Source: Eledone cirrhosa
Lineage: Eukaryota
Assembly (NCBI GenBank): GCA_964016885.1
Contig: OZ024741.1
Location: forward strand, 58,900,001 to 58,964,000
DNA length: 64,000 bases
Reading direction: 5' to 3'
Shown: positions 38,843-50,195 of the stretch, piece after piece
Layout of the letters: each line of letters begins with the position of its first letter
Numbering within the stretch: position 1 is the stretch's first letter
Notes under the pieces: generated by a model
The model's database searches: none
What the model was told of the DNA's origin: nothing
What the model saw: only the letters and a program-made list of their open reading frames with translations
Made by a program: the position numbers and the translations under genes

Positions 38843-39501
38843 TAGATTGGAGAGAAATGAAGCTTGCATGCGCCGATAGATGTGTAATAGTAATATACAA
38901 GAACAGCAAAGCATGAATAAACTGAGAGAGAAATTAGGCCTAAGAGGAATCAAATGCTGTGTGCAGGAGAGGAGATTGCATTGGTATGGACATGTGATGT
39001 GTATGAAGGATGATAGCTGTGTAAAAATGTGCAGAGCACTCAAAGTCGATGGAGGCCTTGGAGTGGGGAGACCCAGGAAGACTTAGGATGAGGTGATAAA
39101 AGCCGACCTTGCCCAATTGCACCTCTCAAAGGTGATGACACATGACCAAGATCTCTGACAATGCACAGTAATACAGAAGTCCGGACTTCCCATGAGCACA
39201 AGCATATATACGGTATGCCCCATCCCACTCCACCCTCCCATACACCCTCATGAGGACAGGCGAAAGCAAAAGCATCCAGTGAAGCCCTCAGCCCACACTG
39301 TAAAGTGGTAATGTAGGCGTCACAATAAAAAGCACCCAGTGCTCACTGCAAATGAGGTTGGCGTTAGGAAGGGTATCCAACTGTAGAAACCAAGCCAGAA
39401 TCAGTCCTGTATGAACAAGATATGGTCACCCAACCTAGCATTGCCCACAACAGGGCAACCTATGCTAGCATGGAAAATGGATGTAAGATGGCGGTGATGA
39501 T
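38843..39501 (+). mobile_element. Degenerate 3' fragment of the RTE LINE
   Basis: [25 protein letters not shown] with stops; 3' UTR and GATGAT tail. Confidence 0.9.
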
Positions 39502-39520
39502 ATACGTATATATACACAAA

Positions 39521-39563
<43 letters not shown>

Positions 39564-39697
39564 TTATCATGATAAATGTAATCTGAGTTTTTTGAATATT
39601 AATAATGATATTCGATTTGTTTGCAATTATGCAAACAGCCTCTTTTATAAACCATGTGAATAGAATGAGCCCCTTATTCTTTTGTATATATATAGAT

Positions 39698-40041
39698 ATC
39701 ATCATTATCATCATCATTTCATTTTACGTCCGCTTTTTCCCTGCTTGCAAGGGTGGGACGGGAACTGATTCTGGCTTGATTTCTACAGCTGGATGCCCTT
39801 CCTAACACCAACCTCATTTACAGTGAGTGCTGAGTGCTTTTTTGCCGTGGCACCTCCACGACCACTTTGCAGTGGAATGATATGGATCCCAGTCCCTATC
39901 ATCTCATTTCTACAGCTGAGTAAACTGGAGCAATGTGAAATAAAGTGTCTTGCTCAAGGAAACAACACATCACCCGGTCTGAGAATTGAACTCACAACCT
40001 TTCGATTGCAAGGCCAATGCTTTAACCACTATATGCCTCCA
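39698..40041 (-). mobile_element. Full-length tRNA-derived SINE with RTE tail
   Basis: Near-identical to 16152-16502, with a small deletion in the A box. Confidence 0.92.
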
Positions 40042-40051
40042 TGTATATATG

Positions 40052-40088
<37 letters not shown>

Positions 40089-40089
40089 T

Positions 40090-40335
40090 ACGTTGGTACC
40101 ACAAAACATCTAGCCCACTCTGTAAGTGGTCATGTAGACATCATGACAAAAAGCACCCAGCACACACTGTAAATATGGTTGGCGCTAGGAAGGGCATCCA
40201 GCCATAGAAAACCAGCTAGAAACTGTCCTATATAAGCGAGACACGGTCACCTGCCCACCTTGCCTCTAAATGGGACAAACCCGTCTAACCCATCCTAGTG
40301 TGGAAGATAGACATTAAACGATGATGATGATGATA
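40090..40335 (+). mobile_element. Solo RTE 3' UTR/tail
   Basis: UTR repeats, GGAAGGGCATCCAGC and (GAT)n. Confidence 0.85.
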
Positions 40336-40965
40336 TATACACACACACTTGATGATTGGGCTGTGAATTGCTTTAAAAAGTGTGTACTGCATTTAGAACT
40401 CATACCAATACAATTTGATTACTTAAAACTAGTAGCTGACATAGCAGCAGCAATGGACAGACACCCTAGCAGACAACGTCTCTCCTCTTCTTCTTCTCTT
40501 TTTTTCTTCTTCCTTTCTCTACTATTCTCTGTTCTTCTCCAATAACCAACTACCATTGATTCCATTGAGAAGCTGTTAGAATGAGAAGACCAAGTGAAAT
40601 ACAAGTACAACGCTAATTTACTCTGGACAATTTAGTTCCGCTTTCTTGCTCTCAGATCCAGTTAATTAAATTTATCTGAAAGAACTATAAAAATAGTGAA
40701 ACGTGCAGATAGAAAGATTATATCAGAAAGAATATGAACAACAAAAATGAGAATCCAGTCTTGTATTTTTTTCTTTCTTTCACATATGGTCTTGTGTTAT
40801 TTTTTCCTCTCCCCACGTTTCATGTTTAAAATATTTGATATCAAATATCCTGAAACCACCACTGGTACTATGATATGAAACTGTTTATTTTAAAATGTTT
40901 ATATTTATCTAAAAACTGTTCATCATAATTTTATGTCAGAACCTTTCTTAAGTTATGTCTGAAAC

Positions 40966-41085
40966 ACCAGCTTAATAATTGTTTCTACTTTAGGCACAAG
41001 GCCAGCAATTATCCCAGAGCATTACTGGTGCTTTAGGGATAATTGCTGGCCTTGTGCCAAAAGTAGAAACAATTATTGAGCTGGT
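40966..41085. repeat. 120-bp hairpin made of an inverted SINE tail plus flank
   Basis: ACCAGCTTAATAATTGTTTCTACTTTAGGCACAAGGCCAGCAATTATCCC pairs with 41036-41085 with 2 differences. Confidence 0.92.
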
Positions 41086-41290
41086 AATGATTTTCAATAA
41101 TCTAGACTCTTGATTATTTTCAACATTATTTGAAAATCATAGACAGTGTCTTACATCAGCAATATGGTAACAGAAGGGTTAATGTAGTATTTATTATAAT
41201 GTGTATACACTATCATATCTGCAAGTCATGGTCAACTAGATTTGTTCTGCTAACAAAGTTTGCAGAACTGCAAGCAATGGTTTTTAGTTT

Positions 41291-43094
41291 TCATCATCAT
41301 CATCATCATCACCGTTTTACGTCTGTTCTTCCATGCTAGCATGGGTTAGACGGCTTGTCCTGTTGTGGGCAGTGTCTGGTCGGCTGACCATGCCTTGCTC
41401 ATACAGGAACTGATTTTGGCTTGATTTCTACAGCTGGATGCCCTTCCTAACACCAACCTTATTTACAGTGAGTGCTGGGTGCTTTTTTCCGTGGTGCCTA
41501 CATGTCCACTTTACAGTGTGGGCTTTTTTGTTGTGGCACCTCCACAACCACTTTGCAGTGGGAGAGTGTGGGGGCATATTGTCTATATGCTTCAGCTTGT
41601 ACCCATGGGAGGTCGGGTACTCTGTATTACTGCGTGACGCCAGAGGTCACGGTCGTGTGTCATCGCCTTTGAGAGGTGTAATTGAGTATGGTCGGCTTTT
41701 ATCACCTCATCCCAGGTCTTCTTGGGTCTCCCCACTCCGCGGTTTCCATTGACTTCTAGTGCTCTGCACCTTTTTATGCAGCTGTCATCCTTCATACGCA
41801 TCACATGTCCATACCAATGCAACCGCCTCTCCTGCACACAGCATTTGATTCCTCTTATGCTCAGTCTCTCTCTCAATTCATTTATGCTTTGTCGTTCGCG
41901 TATATTACTATTACACATCCATCGGAGCATGCAGGCTTTGTTTCTTTGTAATCTACGTAAGTCTTCCACCTTCAGCGCCCAGGTCTCACTACCATGTAAT
42001 ATTGCTGTTCGGATACACGCATCATACAGTCTGCCTTTCATTTTGAGGGAGAAGCCTTTTGCAGCTAGCAGTGGCAGTAGTTCCCTGAACTTCTTCCATC
42101 CCGTTCCTACCCTAGTTATTGTACTTTCTGAACACCCACCTCCGCTGCTAATTCGGTCACCTAGGTAGCAGAAGCTGTCTACTGTTTCTACAGAGCCCTC
42201 CCAGAGATTGGTGGTACTTGTTTCCTGTGGCTGTTTGCTGCTTGCTGTCCCAGCACAGCTGTTGCATGTGAAGCCTACATTCTTAATTAAGCTTCCTGAA
42301 ATCCCACTACATCTCTTGTGTACCCATTGTTTGCATTTGGGGCAGAGAATGGAGTTCCTACCTACACCTTTCCTACATACTGAGCAAGGCCATTTCCCTG
42401 AGGGGATCTGGGTTCTGTTTTCTCGTCTACTTACAAGGACCTTAGTCTTTGTCATGTTGACTTTGAGACCCTTTCTTTCTAGTCTCTGCTTCCAGGTTTG
42501 GAATTTCTTCTCTAGTTCTACCATAGATTCAGCTATAAGTGCGAGGTCATCAGCATACAGGAGTTCCCATGGGCATCTGGTCTTAAACTCCTCCATTATT
42601 GCCTGCAGGACTATGATGAACAGGAGAGGGCTAAGAACAGAGCCCTGGTGGACACCAACCTGTACGCTAAATTACTCGCTATACTCATTGCTAATCCTAA
42701 CTTTGCTGACTGCTCCCCTATACATGGCTTGTACAGCTTTCACAAGCCATTCATCTACTCCTAGTTTTCTAAGAGCCCACCAGATTACAGCACGTGGAAC
42801 TCTGTCAAAGGCTTTCTCGAGATCGACGAATGCCAGGTAGAGTGGCTTACTTTTAGCTAGGTACTTTTCCTGTAACTGCCTCACAAGGAAGAGGGCATCA
42901 GTGGTGCCTCTTCCTGGTACAAACCCAAATTGCATCTCATCTAGTTTCACCCGGTCCCTAATCAACTGTGCTATAACTCTTTCTGTTACTTTCATGACCT
43001 GGTCCATCAGCTTTATACCTCTATAGTTTCCTCTATCTAGTGCATCACCTTTACCTTTGTAGCAGTTGACAATGATGCTACTGCACCAATCTTT
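41291..43094 (-). mobile_element. 5'-truncated RTE LINE, inverted close relative of 45019-46816, with one in-frame stop (GAA>TAA at 42672)
   Basis: ORFs 42672-43007 and 41592-42596 are in the same frame and nearly identical to the C-terminal part of ORF 44035-46518; (GAT)n tail at 41291. Confidence 0.96.
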
Positions 43095-43132
43095 ATAGCT
43101 TCAGTAATATATATATATATATGTATATATAA

Positions 43133-43521
43133 TGGAGGCACATGGCTTAATGGTTAGAGCATTGGGCTTGCAATCGAAAGGTTGTGAGTTCAATTCTCAG
43201 ACCGGGTGATGTGTTGTTTCCTTGAGCAAGACACTTTATTTCACATTGCTCCAGTTTACTCAGCTGTAGAAATGAGATGATAGGACTGGGGTCCCTATCA
43301 TTCCACTGCAAAGTGGTCGTGGAGGTGCCACGGCAAAAAAAGCACCTAGCCCACACTGTAAAGTGGACGTGTAGGTGCCATGGAAAAAAAGCACCCAGCA
43401 CTCACTGTAAATGAGGTTGGTGTTAGGAAGGGCATCCAGCTGTAGAAATCAAGCCAGAATCAGTTCCCATCCCACCCTTGCAAGCAGGGAAAAGTGGACA
43501 TAAAATGATGATGATGATGAT
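43133..43521 (+). mobile_element. Full-length tRNA-derived SINE with RTE tail (one extra UTR repeat unit)
   Basis: A box TGGCTTAATGG, B box GTTCAATTC, core, RTE UTR repeats and (GAT)n. Confidence 0.92.
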
Positions 43522-43669
43522 ATATATATTTATATAAATAAACGTGTATCTGGTTTAAAATAGGCATACCATATGCCTGCATGTTGTAATAACTGTGTGC
43601 ATCTGGTTTAGAATAGATAAATCATATTCATTCATGTCATAATAACCACATATGTCTGCTGTAGCATGT

Positions 43670-43943
43670 CTGTCCAGAGTCATGAGGCTTATCAGGCCAG
43701 TGCTTAAACCTGTTTCTGTGGCGTGAAGTGACTGAGAGTACAACACTTCCCCCTGGACAGGATGCCAGTCCATCATAAGGTTAACTCCCCAGCTATTGCT
43801 GGTACTCATTTCCAGCTGAGTTTGCTGAAGCAATAGGAAAGTATTTTGCTGAAGAATGCTACATACATCCTAGTCCAGGAATCGAACACACAACATTATG
43901 ATTTTTTAGTTCAACACCCTTACCACTAGGCCATGCTTCTCCA
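43670..43943 (-). mobile_element. tRNA-derived SINE of a different family
   Basis: Head TGGAGAAGCATGGCCTAGTGGTAAGG, B box GTTCGATTCC, body ATGGACTGGCATCCTGTCCAGGGG. Confidence 0.75.
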
Positions 43944-44075
43944 CTCTGGTTTTGAATAGGTAAACTGTATCTCTGCGTGTCTAAAGAAGTGACTAAAAGG
44001 GTTGTTGTTAAAAAGGGCATCTGGCTATTAGACATTGCCTCAACCTCTGTTGGCATGGAAACATCAACATAAAAA

Positions 44076-44131
<56 letters not shown>

Positions 44132-44151
44132 TCATCATCATCTATATATAT

Positions 44152-46518
44152 AAAGCCTTCCCTAGTGAGGAATGTACATCCCAACATAGCTTAGTTGTCA
44201 GCGACCTCACGGTCAGAACTAGACGAGCCCTGAAACAGAGGCCAACCTGGAGAAGAAAGATCTGGAAGCTGAAAGTCCCCTCAACCAGTAACAGATTTAA
44301 AGATATTTTACTCAACGCCTACGACAGTAAAGAAGAACAGATAGAGACATTTAACGTAGAAGAGAACTGGGAGTTCCTAAAAAATAACTTACTAGAGGCG
44401 ACGGATGAGGTTTGTGGCTGGAGTAAGACCTCAAGCAGGAGGAGAGTGACTTGGTGGTGGAACAATAAGGTAGATGAAGCAGTCAAGGCCAAGAGACAGG
44501 CATGGAAAGAATGGAAGAACGGGGGGAGCAGGGTACATTACATAGAGACCAAGAGGGAAGCTAGGCGACAAGTATACTTAGCTAGGAGGGAAGCAGAGGA
44601 TAGAAAATTCAAGCATGTTTTACAACGTGAGGACCAGAAACAGGAGGTATTCAAGATTGCGAGGCAGTGTGTCAGAGATAGTTGTGATGTCATTGGAGAG
44701 AAGTGTATCCGGAATGATAAAGGTGAGCTTGCCCTCACAAGTGCTGAGAAGAAAGATGCATGGAAGAGTCATTATGATAGATTACTAAATGAGGAGAATG
44801 CATGGGAAGAAGAGACCCTACCCCACGTAGACCCTATAGAGGGACCAGCAGTACAAGTCAGCGGCAGCGTAGTAAGTAAGGCAATCAGAGATATGAAGAT
44901 AGGGAAGGCAACCGGTCCATCAGGTATAGCTGCCGAGATGCTGAAGGCATCTGGGTCTGTAGGTCACACTATAACCACACGTATTGTTAACCAGGTAATA
45001 CTAGAGGGGGCCATACCAAAAGATTGGTGCAGTAGCATCATTGTCAACTGCTACAAAGGTAAAGGCGATGCACTAGATAGAGGAAACTATAGAGGTATAA
45101 AGTTGATGGACCAGGTCATGAAAGTAACAGAAAGAGTTATAGCACAGCTGATTAGGGACCGGGTGAATATAGACGAGATGCAATTTGGGTTTGTACCAGG
45201 GAAAGGCACCACTGATGCGCTCTTCCTTGTGAGGCAATTACAGGAAAAGTACCTAGCTAAAAGTAAGCCACTCTACTTGGCATTTGTCGACCTTGAGAAA
45301 GCCTTTGACAGAGTTCCACGTGCAGTAATCTGGTGGGCTCTTAGAAAACTAGGAGTAGATGAATGGCTTGTGAAAGCGGTACAAGCCATGTATAGGGGAG
45401 CAGTCAGCAAAGTTAGGATTGGCAATGAGTATAGCGAGGAATTTAGCGTACAGGTTGGGGTCCACCAGGGCTCTGTTCTTAGCCCTCTCCTGTTCATCAT
45501 AGTCCTGCAGGCAATAACGGAGGAGTTTAAGACCGGATGCCCATGGGAACTCCTGTATGCTGATGACCTCGCACTCATAGCTGAATCTATGGTAGAACTA
45601 GAGAATAAATTCCAAACCTGGAAGCAGGGACTAGAGAGAAAGGGCCTCAAAGTCAACATGACAAAGACTAAGGTCCTTATAAGTAGACGAGAAAACAGAA
45701 CCCAGATCCCCTCAGGGAAATGGCCTTGCTCAGTATGTAGGAAAGGTGTAGGTAGGAACTCCATTCTTTGCCCCAAATGCAAACAATGGGTACACAAGAG
45801 ATGTAGCGGGATCTCAGGAAGCTTAATTAAGAATGTAGGATTCACATGCAGCAGCTGTGCTGAAACAGCAAGCAAACAGCCACAGGAAACAAGTACCACC
45901 AATCTCTGGGAGGGCCCTGTAGAAACAGTAGACAGCTTCTGCTACCTAGGTGACCGAATTAGCAACGGAGGTGGGTGCTCAGAAAGTACAATAACTAGGG
46001 TAAGAACGGGATGGAAGAAGTTTAGGGAACTACTACCACTGCTAGCTGCAAAAGGCTTCTCCCTCAGAATGAAAGGCAGACTGTATGATGCGTGTATCCG
46101 AACAGCGATGTTGCATGGTAGTGAGACCTGGGCGCTGAAGGTGGAAGACTTACGTAGATTAGAGAGAAACGAAGCCTGCATGCTCCGATGGATGTGTAAC
46201 AGTAATATACGTGAACGACAAAGCATAAATGAATTGCGAGAGAGACTGAGCATAAGAGGAATCAAATGCTGCGTGCAGGAGAGGCGGTTACGCTGGTATG
46301 GACATGTGATGCGTATGAAGGATGACAGCTGCATAAAAAGGTGCAGAGCACTAGAAGTTGATGGAAACCGCGGAGTGGGGAGACCCAAGATGACTTGGGA
46401 TGAGGTGATAAAAGCCGACCTTACCCAACTACACCTCTCAAAGTCAATGACACACGACCGTGACTTCTGGCGTCACGCAGTAATACAGGGTACCCGACCT
46501 CCCATGGGTACATGCTGA
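44152..46518 (+). CDS. RTE ORF: APE C-terminal remnant + reverse transcriptase with an internal PHD-type Zn finger, open for ~788 codons
   Basis: SQHSLVVSD (APE end), WWWN, KATGPSGI, NYRGIKL, QFGFVPG, FVDLEKAFDRV, GVHQGSVLSPLLF, YADD (45556-45567), FCYLG, RLRWYGHVMRM, GRP..TW. The native start is missing; the first ~39 tracked codons are flank/microsatellite. Confidence 0.93.
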   Translation, partial: KAFPSEECTSQHSLVVSDLTVRTRRALKQRPTWRRKIWKLKVPSTSNRFKDILLNAYDSKEEQIETFNVEENWEFLKNNLLEATDEVCGWSKTSSRRRVTWWWNNKVDEAVKAKRQAWKEWKNGGSRVHYIETKREARRQVYLARREAEDRKFKHVLQREDQKQEVFKIARQCVRDSCDVIGEKCIRNDKGELALTSAEKKDAWKSHYDRLLNEENAWEEETLPHVDPIEGPAVQVSGSVVSKAIRDMKIGKATGPSGIAAEMLKASGSVGHTITTRIVNQVILEGAIPKDWCSSIIVNCYKGKGDALDRGNYRGIKLMDQVMKVTERVIAQLIRDRVNIDEMQFGFVPGKGTTDALFLVRQLQEKYLAKSKPLYLAFVDLEKAFDRVPRAVIWWALRKLGVDEWLVKAVQAMYRGAVSKVRIGNEYSEEFSVQVGVHQGSVLSPLLFIIVLQAITEEFKTGCPWELLYADDLALIAESMVELENKFQTWKQGLERKGLKVNMTKTKVLISRRENRTQIPSGKWPCSVCRKGVGRNSILCPKCKQWVHKRCSGISGSLIKNVGFTCSSCAETASKQPQETSTTNLWEGPVETVDSFCYLGDRISNGGGCSESTITRVRTGWKKFRELLPLLAAKGFSLRMKGRLYDACIRTAMLHGSETWALKVEDLRRLERNEACMLRWMCNSNIRERQSINELRERLSIRGIKCCVQERRLRWYGHVMRMKDDSCIKRCRALEVDGNRGVGRPKMTWDEVIKADLTQLHLSKSMTHDRDFWRHAVIQGTRPPMGTC

Positions 46519-46816
46519 AGCATATAAACAATATGCCCCCCCCCCACCGCAAGGTGGTCGTGGAGGTGCCACGGCAAAAAAGCACCCAGCCCACACTGTA
46601 AAGTGGACGTGTAGGCGCCACGAAAAAGCACCCAGCACTCACTGTAAATGAGGTTGGTGTTAGGAAGGGCATCCAGCTGTAGAAATCAAGCCAGATCAGT
46701 TCCTGTATGAGCAAGGCATGGTCAGCCGACCAGACACTGCCCACAACAGGACAACCCGTCTAACCCATGCTAGCGTGGAAGAACGGACGTAAAACGGTGA
46801 TGATGATGATGATGAT
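44152..46816 (+). mobile_element. RTE-clade non-LTR retrotransposon, 5'-truncated, with 3' UTR and (GAT)n tail
   Basis: Starts abruptly after a (TA)n tract within the end of the AP-endonuclease region; 3' UTR 46519-46797; (GAT)n tail to 46816. Confidence 0.97.
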
Positions 46817-48614
46817 AGAGAGAGAGAGAGAGAGAATAGAAATGGCTGTGTAGTTGTTATTTAAGGTAACTTAAAATGCAGTGGGAATACGAAGAAAATA
46901 AGAATGGGGGGAGGGGGGTTCTTCATCAGTATATATATTAGGAAAATGTACAAGACCCCGACAGCAGAGCTCAAGCCGTTTTGACGGCTATTTCTGGGCT
47001 AAATTCTCTATATATAGTAAGGTAGTTTGCTTGAAGCATTTTGGAATATGAGATAATTTAATGCTTTTTTATTAAAAAATAAATCGAACAACTGCCTTCT
47101 TTGGTTTCTCTCTGAAGTCTTCCCTATGAACTTTTCTTGATAATGGATGACAAATCTGAAAATATTTGGAATCATTAAAAATTACTAAGGTAACTTCCTA
47201 TCTTCCTCACTCATTTACTTCACTGGGTTCTTTTTTCTTCTTTTACTTTCTTATTACCTTGGCATTTTTACCAAACACACATTGTCAGGCTTCCAAATAA
47301 CTAAACTCATTCCTTATTTGTATTTAAATCTCATATATATATATATAAAAGTGGACGTAAAATGAGGATGTGTATATATACCTATATAAACTGATATAGA
47401 TAGATATAGGTATAATAGCTATACACATTGTGTATACAAAATCCCTCTCTCCTCCCTCATACACTACAAGCAACTCCCTACAAACCACACTCAACCAGCT
47501 CCACTCACTCTCATTTTACTCCACTTCATCAAAAACCCCCACCTTGCTACTCTACTTCACTGCTTCTCCTGCTCCTCCTCTTCCACCTCCTCTATTGATA
47601 TTCTTATTCTTACGGCAATATGAATTTCATATCTTCCTATCTGGCATCTTTGTCAAACCATAGATTTCAGGTTGTGATACTAAATCAATCAATTGCTAGG
47701 AAGAAGTTCAGTTGTTGTGTATCAATAGTTTCCGTTTGAACACCCACCCACTCACCCAATCCTGCAGCCATTTTCAACAATATACTGTTCACAAGAGACA
47801 CATACAAATAACAACAAAAATATTCAAACAGAAATAAAAATTAAACAACAAAACACTTTTAGACACACTTGCACATGTCTGTTTATATTTAAAAAAATAT
47901 ATATTTTTATTTAATTACATATACCTTAAAGGCAGTGCCCCAGCATGGGCTGCAGTCTGATGACTGAAACCAGTAAATTAATAAAATAATTTATCTCAGC
48001 GGAAATCAAATAGCATCCTGCTTCTGTCAACATTTGAGAAAAACATAGGAAAAATTGAAATAATTATCATAATAATAAAAGAGTGAGAATGAAAGAATGA
48101 ACAAAAAGAATAAAAAAAGAGAGATTAATGATATTTTATTTCCGTATTATCAATAATAATAATAATAATAAAACGGAAGTAAAACATATGAATTGCACAC
48201 GTGTGCACATTTATTTTGTTTACTGAGCAATTAGAGACATTACCTGCATCTTTATATATTAACATATATCTTCTGGAATATATACCATAACAATTACAGC
48301 GAGGAAGAAACATTTTAGCTATTTAAACACACCCTAAAACCTGTTAACTTTACTTTATACGTATCATTTATTTTCTGGTGTCAACATTTTTATCATACTA
48401 TTTGTGACCTGGTCACTGGCACAGTTTTTGTGTTTTTAAGTGGCTAAAAGGAATCTTCCATGTTATAATTGTTTTACAGTAGTTTCAACACAGTCTCAGG
48501 TCAACTCACTTACCAAGCAAGTGTAATTCTGAAAAATACATAATGTATTTATTCAGGAGTATATTTCTAAATATATTGTGTTGTTACTACTCTTACACTG
48601 TAAACAAAATATAT

Positions 48615-48935
48615 TCAGCCCACACCGTAAAGTGGTCGTGTATGTGTCATGCCAAAAAGCACCCAACCCACACTGTAATGTGGTTGTATAGGTATCATGA
48701 CAAAAAGTACCCAGCCCACACTGTAAAGTGGTTGTGTATGTGTCATGCCAAAAAAGCACCCAGCACACACTGTAAATGTGGTTGGCGTTAGGAAGGGCAT
48801 CCAGGTGTGGAAAACCAGCCAGAAACAGTCCTATATGAGTGAGACACGGTCACCTGACCCAACTTGCCTCTAAATGGGACAAACCCGTCTAAACCATGCT
48901 AGCGTGGAAGATGGATATTAAATGATGATGATGAT
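48615..48935 (+). mobile_element. Solo RTE 3' UTR/tail with ~4 tandem UTR units
   Basis: CCCAGCCCACACTGTAAAGTGGT...AAAAAGCA repeated ~4x, then the tail and (GAT)n. Confidence 0.88.
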
Positions 48936-48939
48936 ATAT

Positions 48940-49230
48940 TATCATCATTATCATCAGTTAACATCTATTTTCCATGCTGCATGGGCGAGGCAAGCTATGA
49001 TATACTGAAGTGAGACTGATCGGGTGATACCTTGCTCATAAATTCCATTGTTAGCTTGGTTTCTATGGCTGGATACCATTCCTAATGCCAACCACTTGTC
49101 AACATGTACTGGCAGCATTTTATTGTGACTTCAGCAATACAACCTTACATGATGGATTGGGTTGTTTTTGTTGTGGCACCAGCATTGTGTCCCCGCAGTG
49201 TGGATTGGGTGCTTTCTTTTTGTGGAACCA
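48940..49230 (-). mobile_element. Old degenerate RTE tail, tail-to-tail with the previous copy
   Basis: (ATC)n..TTAACATCTATTTTCCATGC...GGTTTCTATGGCTGGATACCATTCCTAATGCCAACC. Confidence 0.7.
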
Positions 49231-49615
49231 GCATTACCTCATTACAACTCTAGGGGGCTCCCTGTAATAGGTTGGGGCGACATTGATGGGAGTCAGGTGT
49301 GTAAAAAAAGTTTTTGAGAGGTGTAGGTTATATGCTATTTGCTGGGGTGGGAGGAGACATCCCAGATCATGGGGGTGGCCTTGAAGTAAGTGGGTGGTGT
49401 CTGACATATTGTGGAATGTGCTTGGCTTTCTGTGTTGACTTGAGTTGAGCAGGAAAGGTGAATCAGCGATGTGAGTGTTAAGGGAGGAGGACTTGGGTTA
49501 GATGGGTTCAGAGAATCAGAGAAGGGTCATTCTAGCTTTCCACATTGGCAGGGGTTGGACAAATAAAGGGTGGAGGAGAATGGTATGAGTGGGCAGGAGT
49601 TAAGAGGGTGTTTAA

Positions 49616-49836
49616 CCCTTTAGCATTTGTATTACTCTATATATATTATTGTATTTTCATGGTAAAGGCTTTATCTTACATAATTATCTCACATAATATC
49701 GAATCTATGAGATTTTGATATTATTTATTTTGAGAACAATACCTTAACATATATATGAGTGGCCAGCTATGGCTGGTTTGAACAGAAAGAGGTGAGAGAA
49801 TTCTGGACGGATAAGGCCAGTTTAAATGCTAAAGGG
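49616..49836. mobile_element. piggyBac-type MITE
   Basis: TTAA on both sides (49612-49615, 49837-49840); TIR CCCTTTAGCATTT/AAATGCTAAAGGG; a second, inverted copy lies at 56913. Confidence 0.88.
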
Positions 49837-49932
49837 TTAAACTGACAAATTACGAGTATTCTACCTCTCTGCTTCTCCAGGTTTCAGGCGAGGGGTGTTG
49901 GACACACACTCTCACACTCACTCACTCACTAA

Positions 49933-49963
<31 letters not shown>

Positions 49964-50024
49964 ACTCACTAAATCTCTCTCTCTCATCAGCTGAATATTC
50001 CATCTTTACATTACAACTATTAGT

Positions 50025-50195
50025 TTCACCATGTCTCTTCAGTTAATATTCTTTAAAAAAAGATTTGATTCCTTTGGAATTGCCTCTCTCTAGTTCACTT
50101 CTTTTACCTTTATAGCAGTTGACAGTGTTGCTATTATGATAGTCATTGAGTAAGATAACTTCCTGTACTACTGGGTTTACTAAACCAGTGACTTG
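50025..50195 (-). pseudogene. Ancient RTE RT fragment
   Basis: Reverse complement encodes ..VNCYKGKRSELERGNSKG.., matching VNCYKGKGDALDRGNYRG of the intact ORF. Confidence 0.7.

Noticed and set aside
41722-46388. Antisense ORFs of 148-210 aa over the LINE copies
   Set aside because: Shadow frames of the RT ORF; their recurrence only reflects copy identity.
41291-46816. Twin-priming inversion of a single LINE insertion
   Set aside because: Both copies have their own 3' tail and duplicate the same 1.8 kb, which indicates two insertions or a duplication.
46923-46929. Other CTGANGA matches (46923 -, 35705 -, 54391 +, 61890 +) as hammerheads
   Set aside because: No stem II followed by GAAA and no closing stem I.
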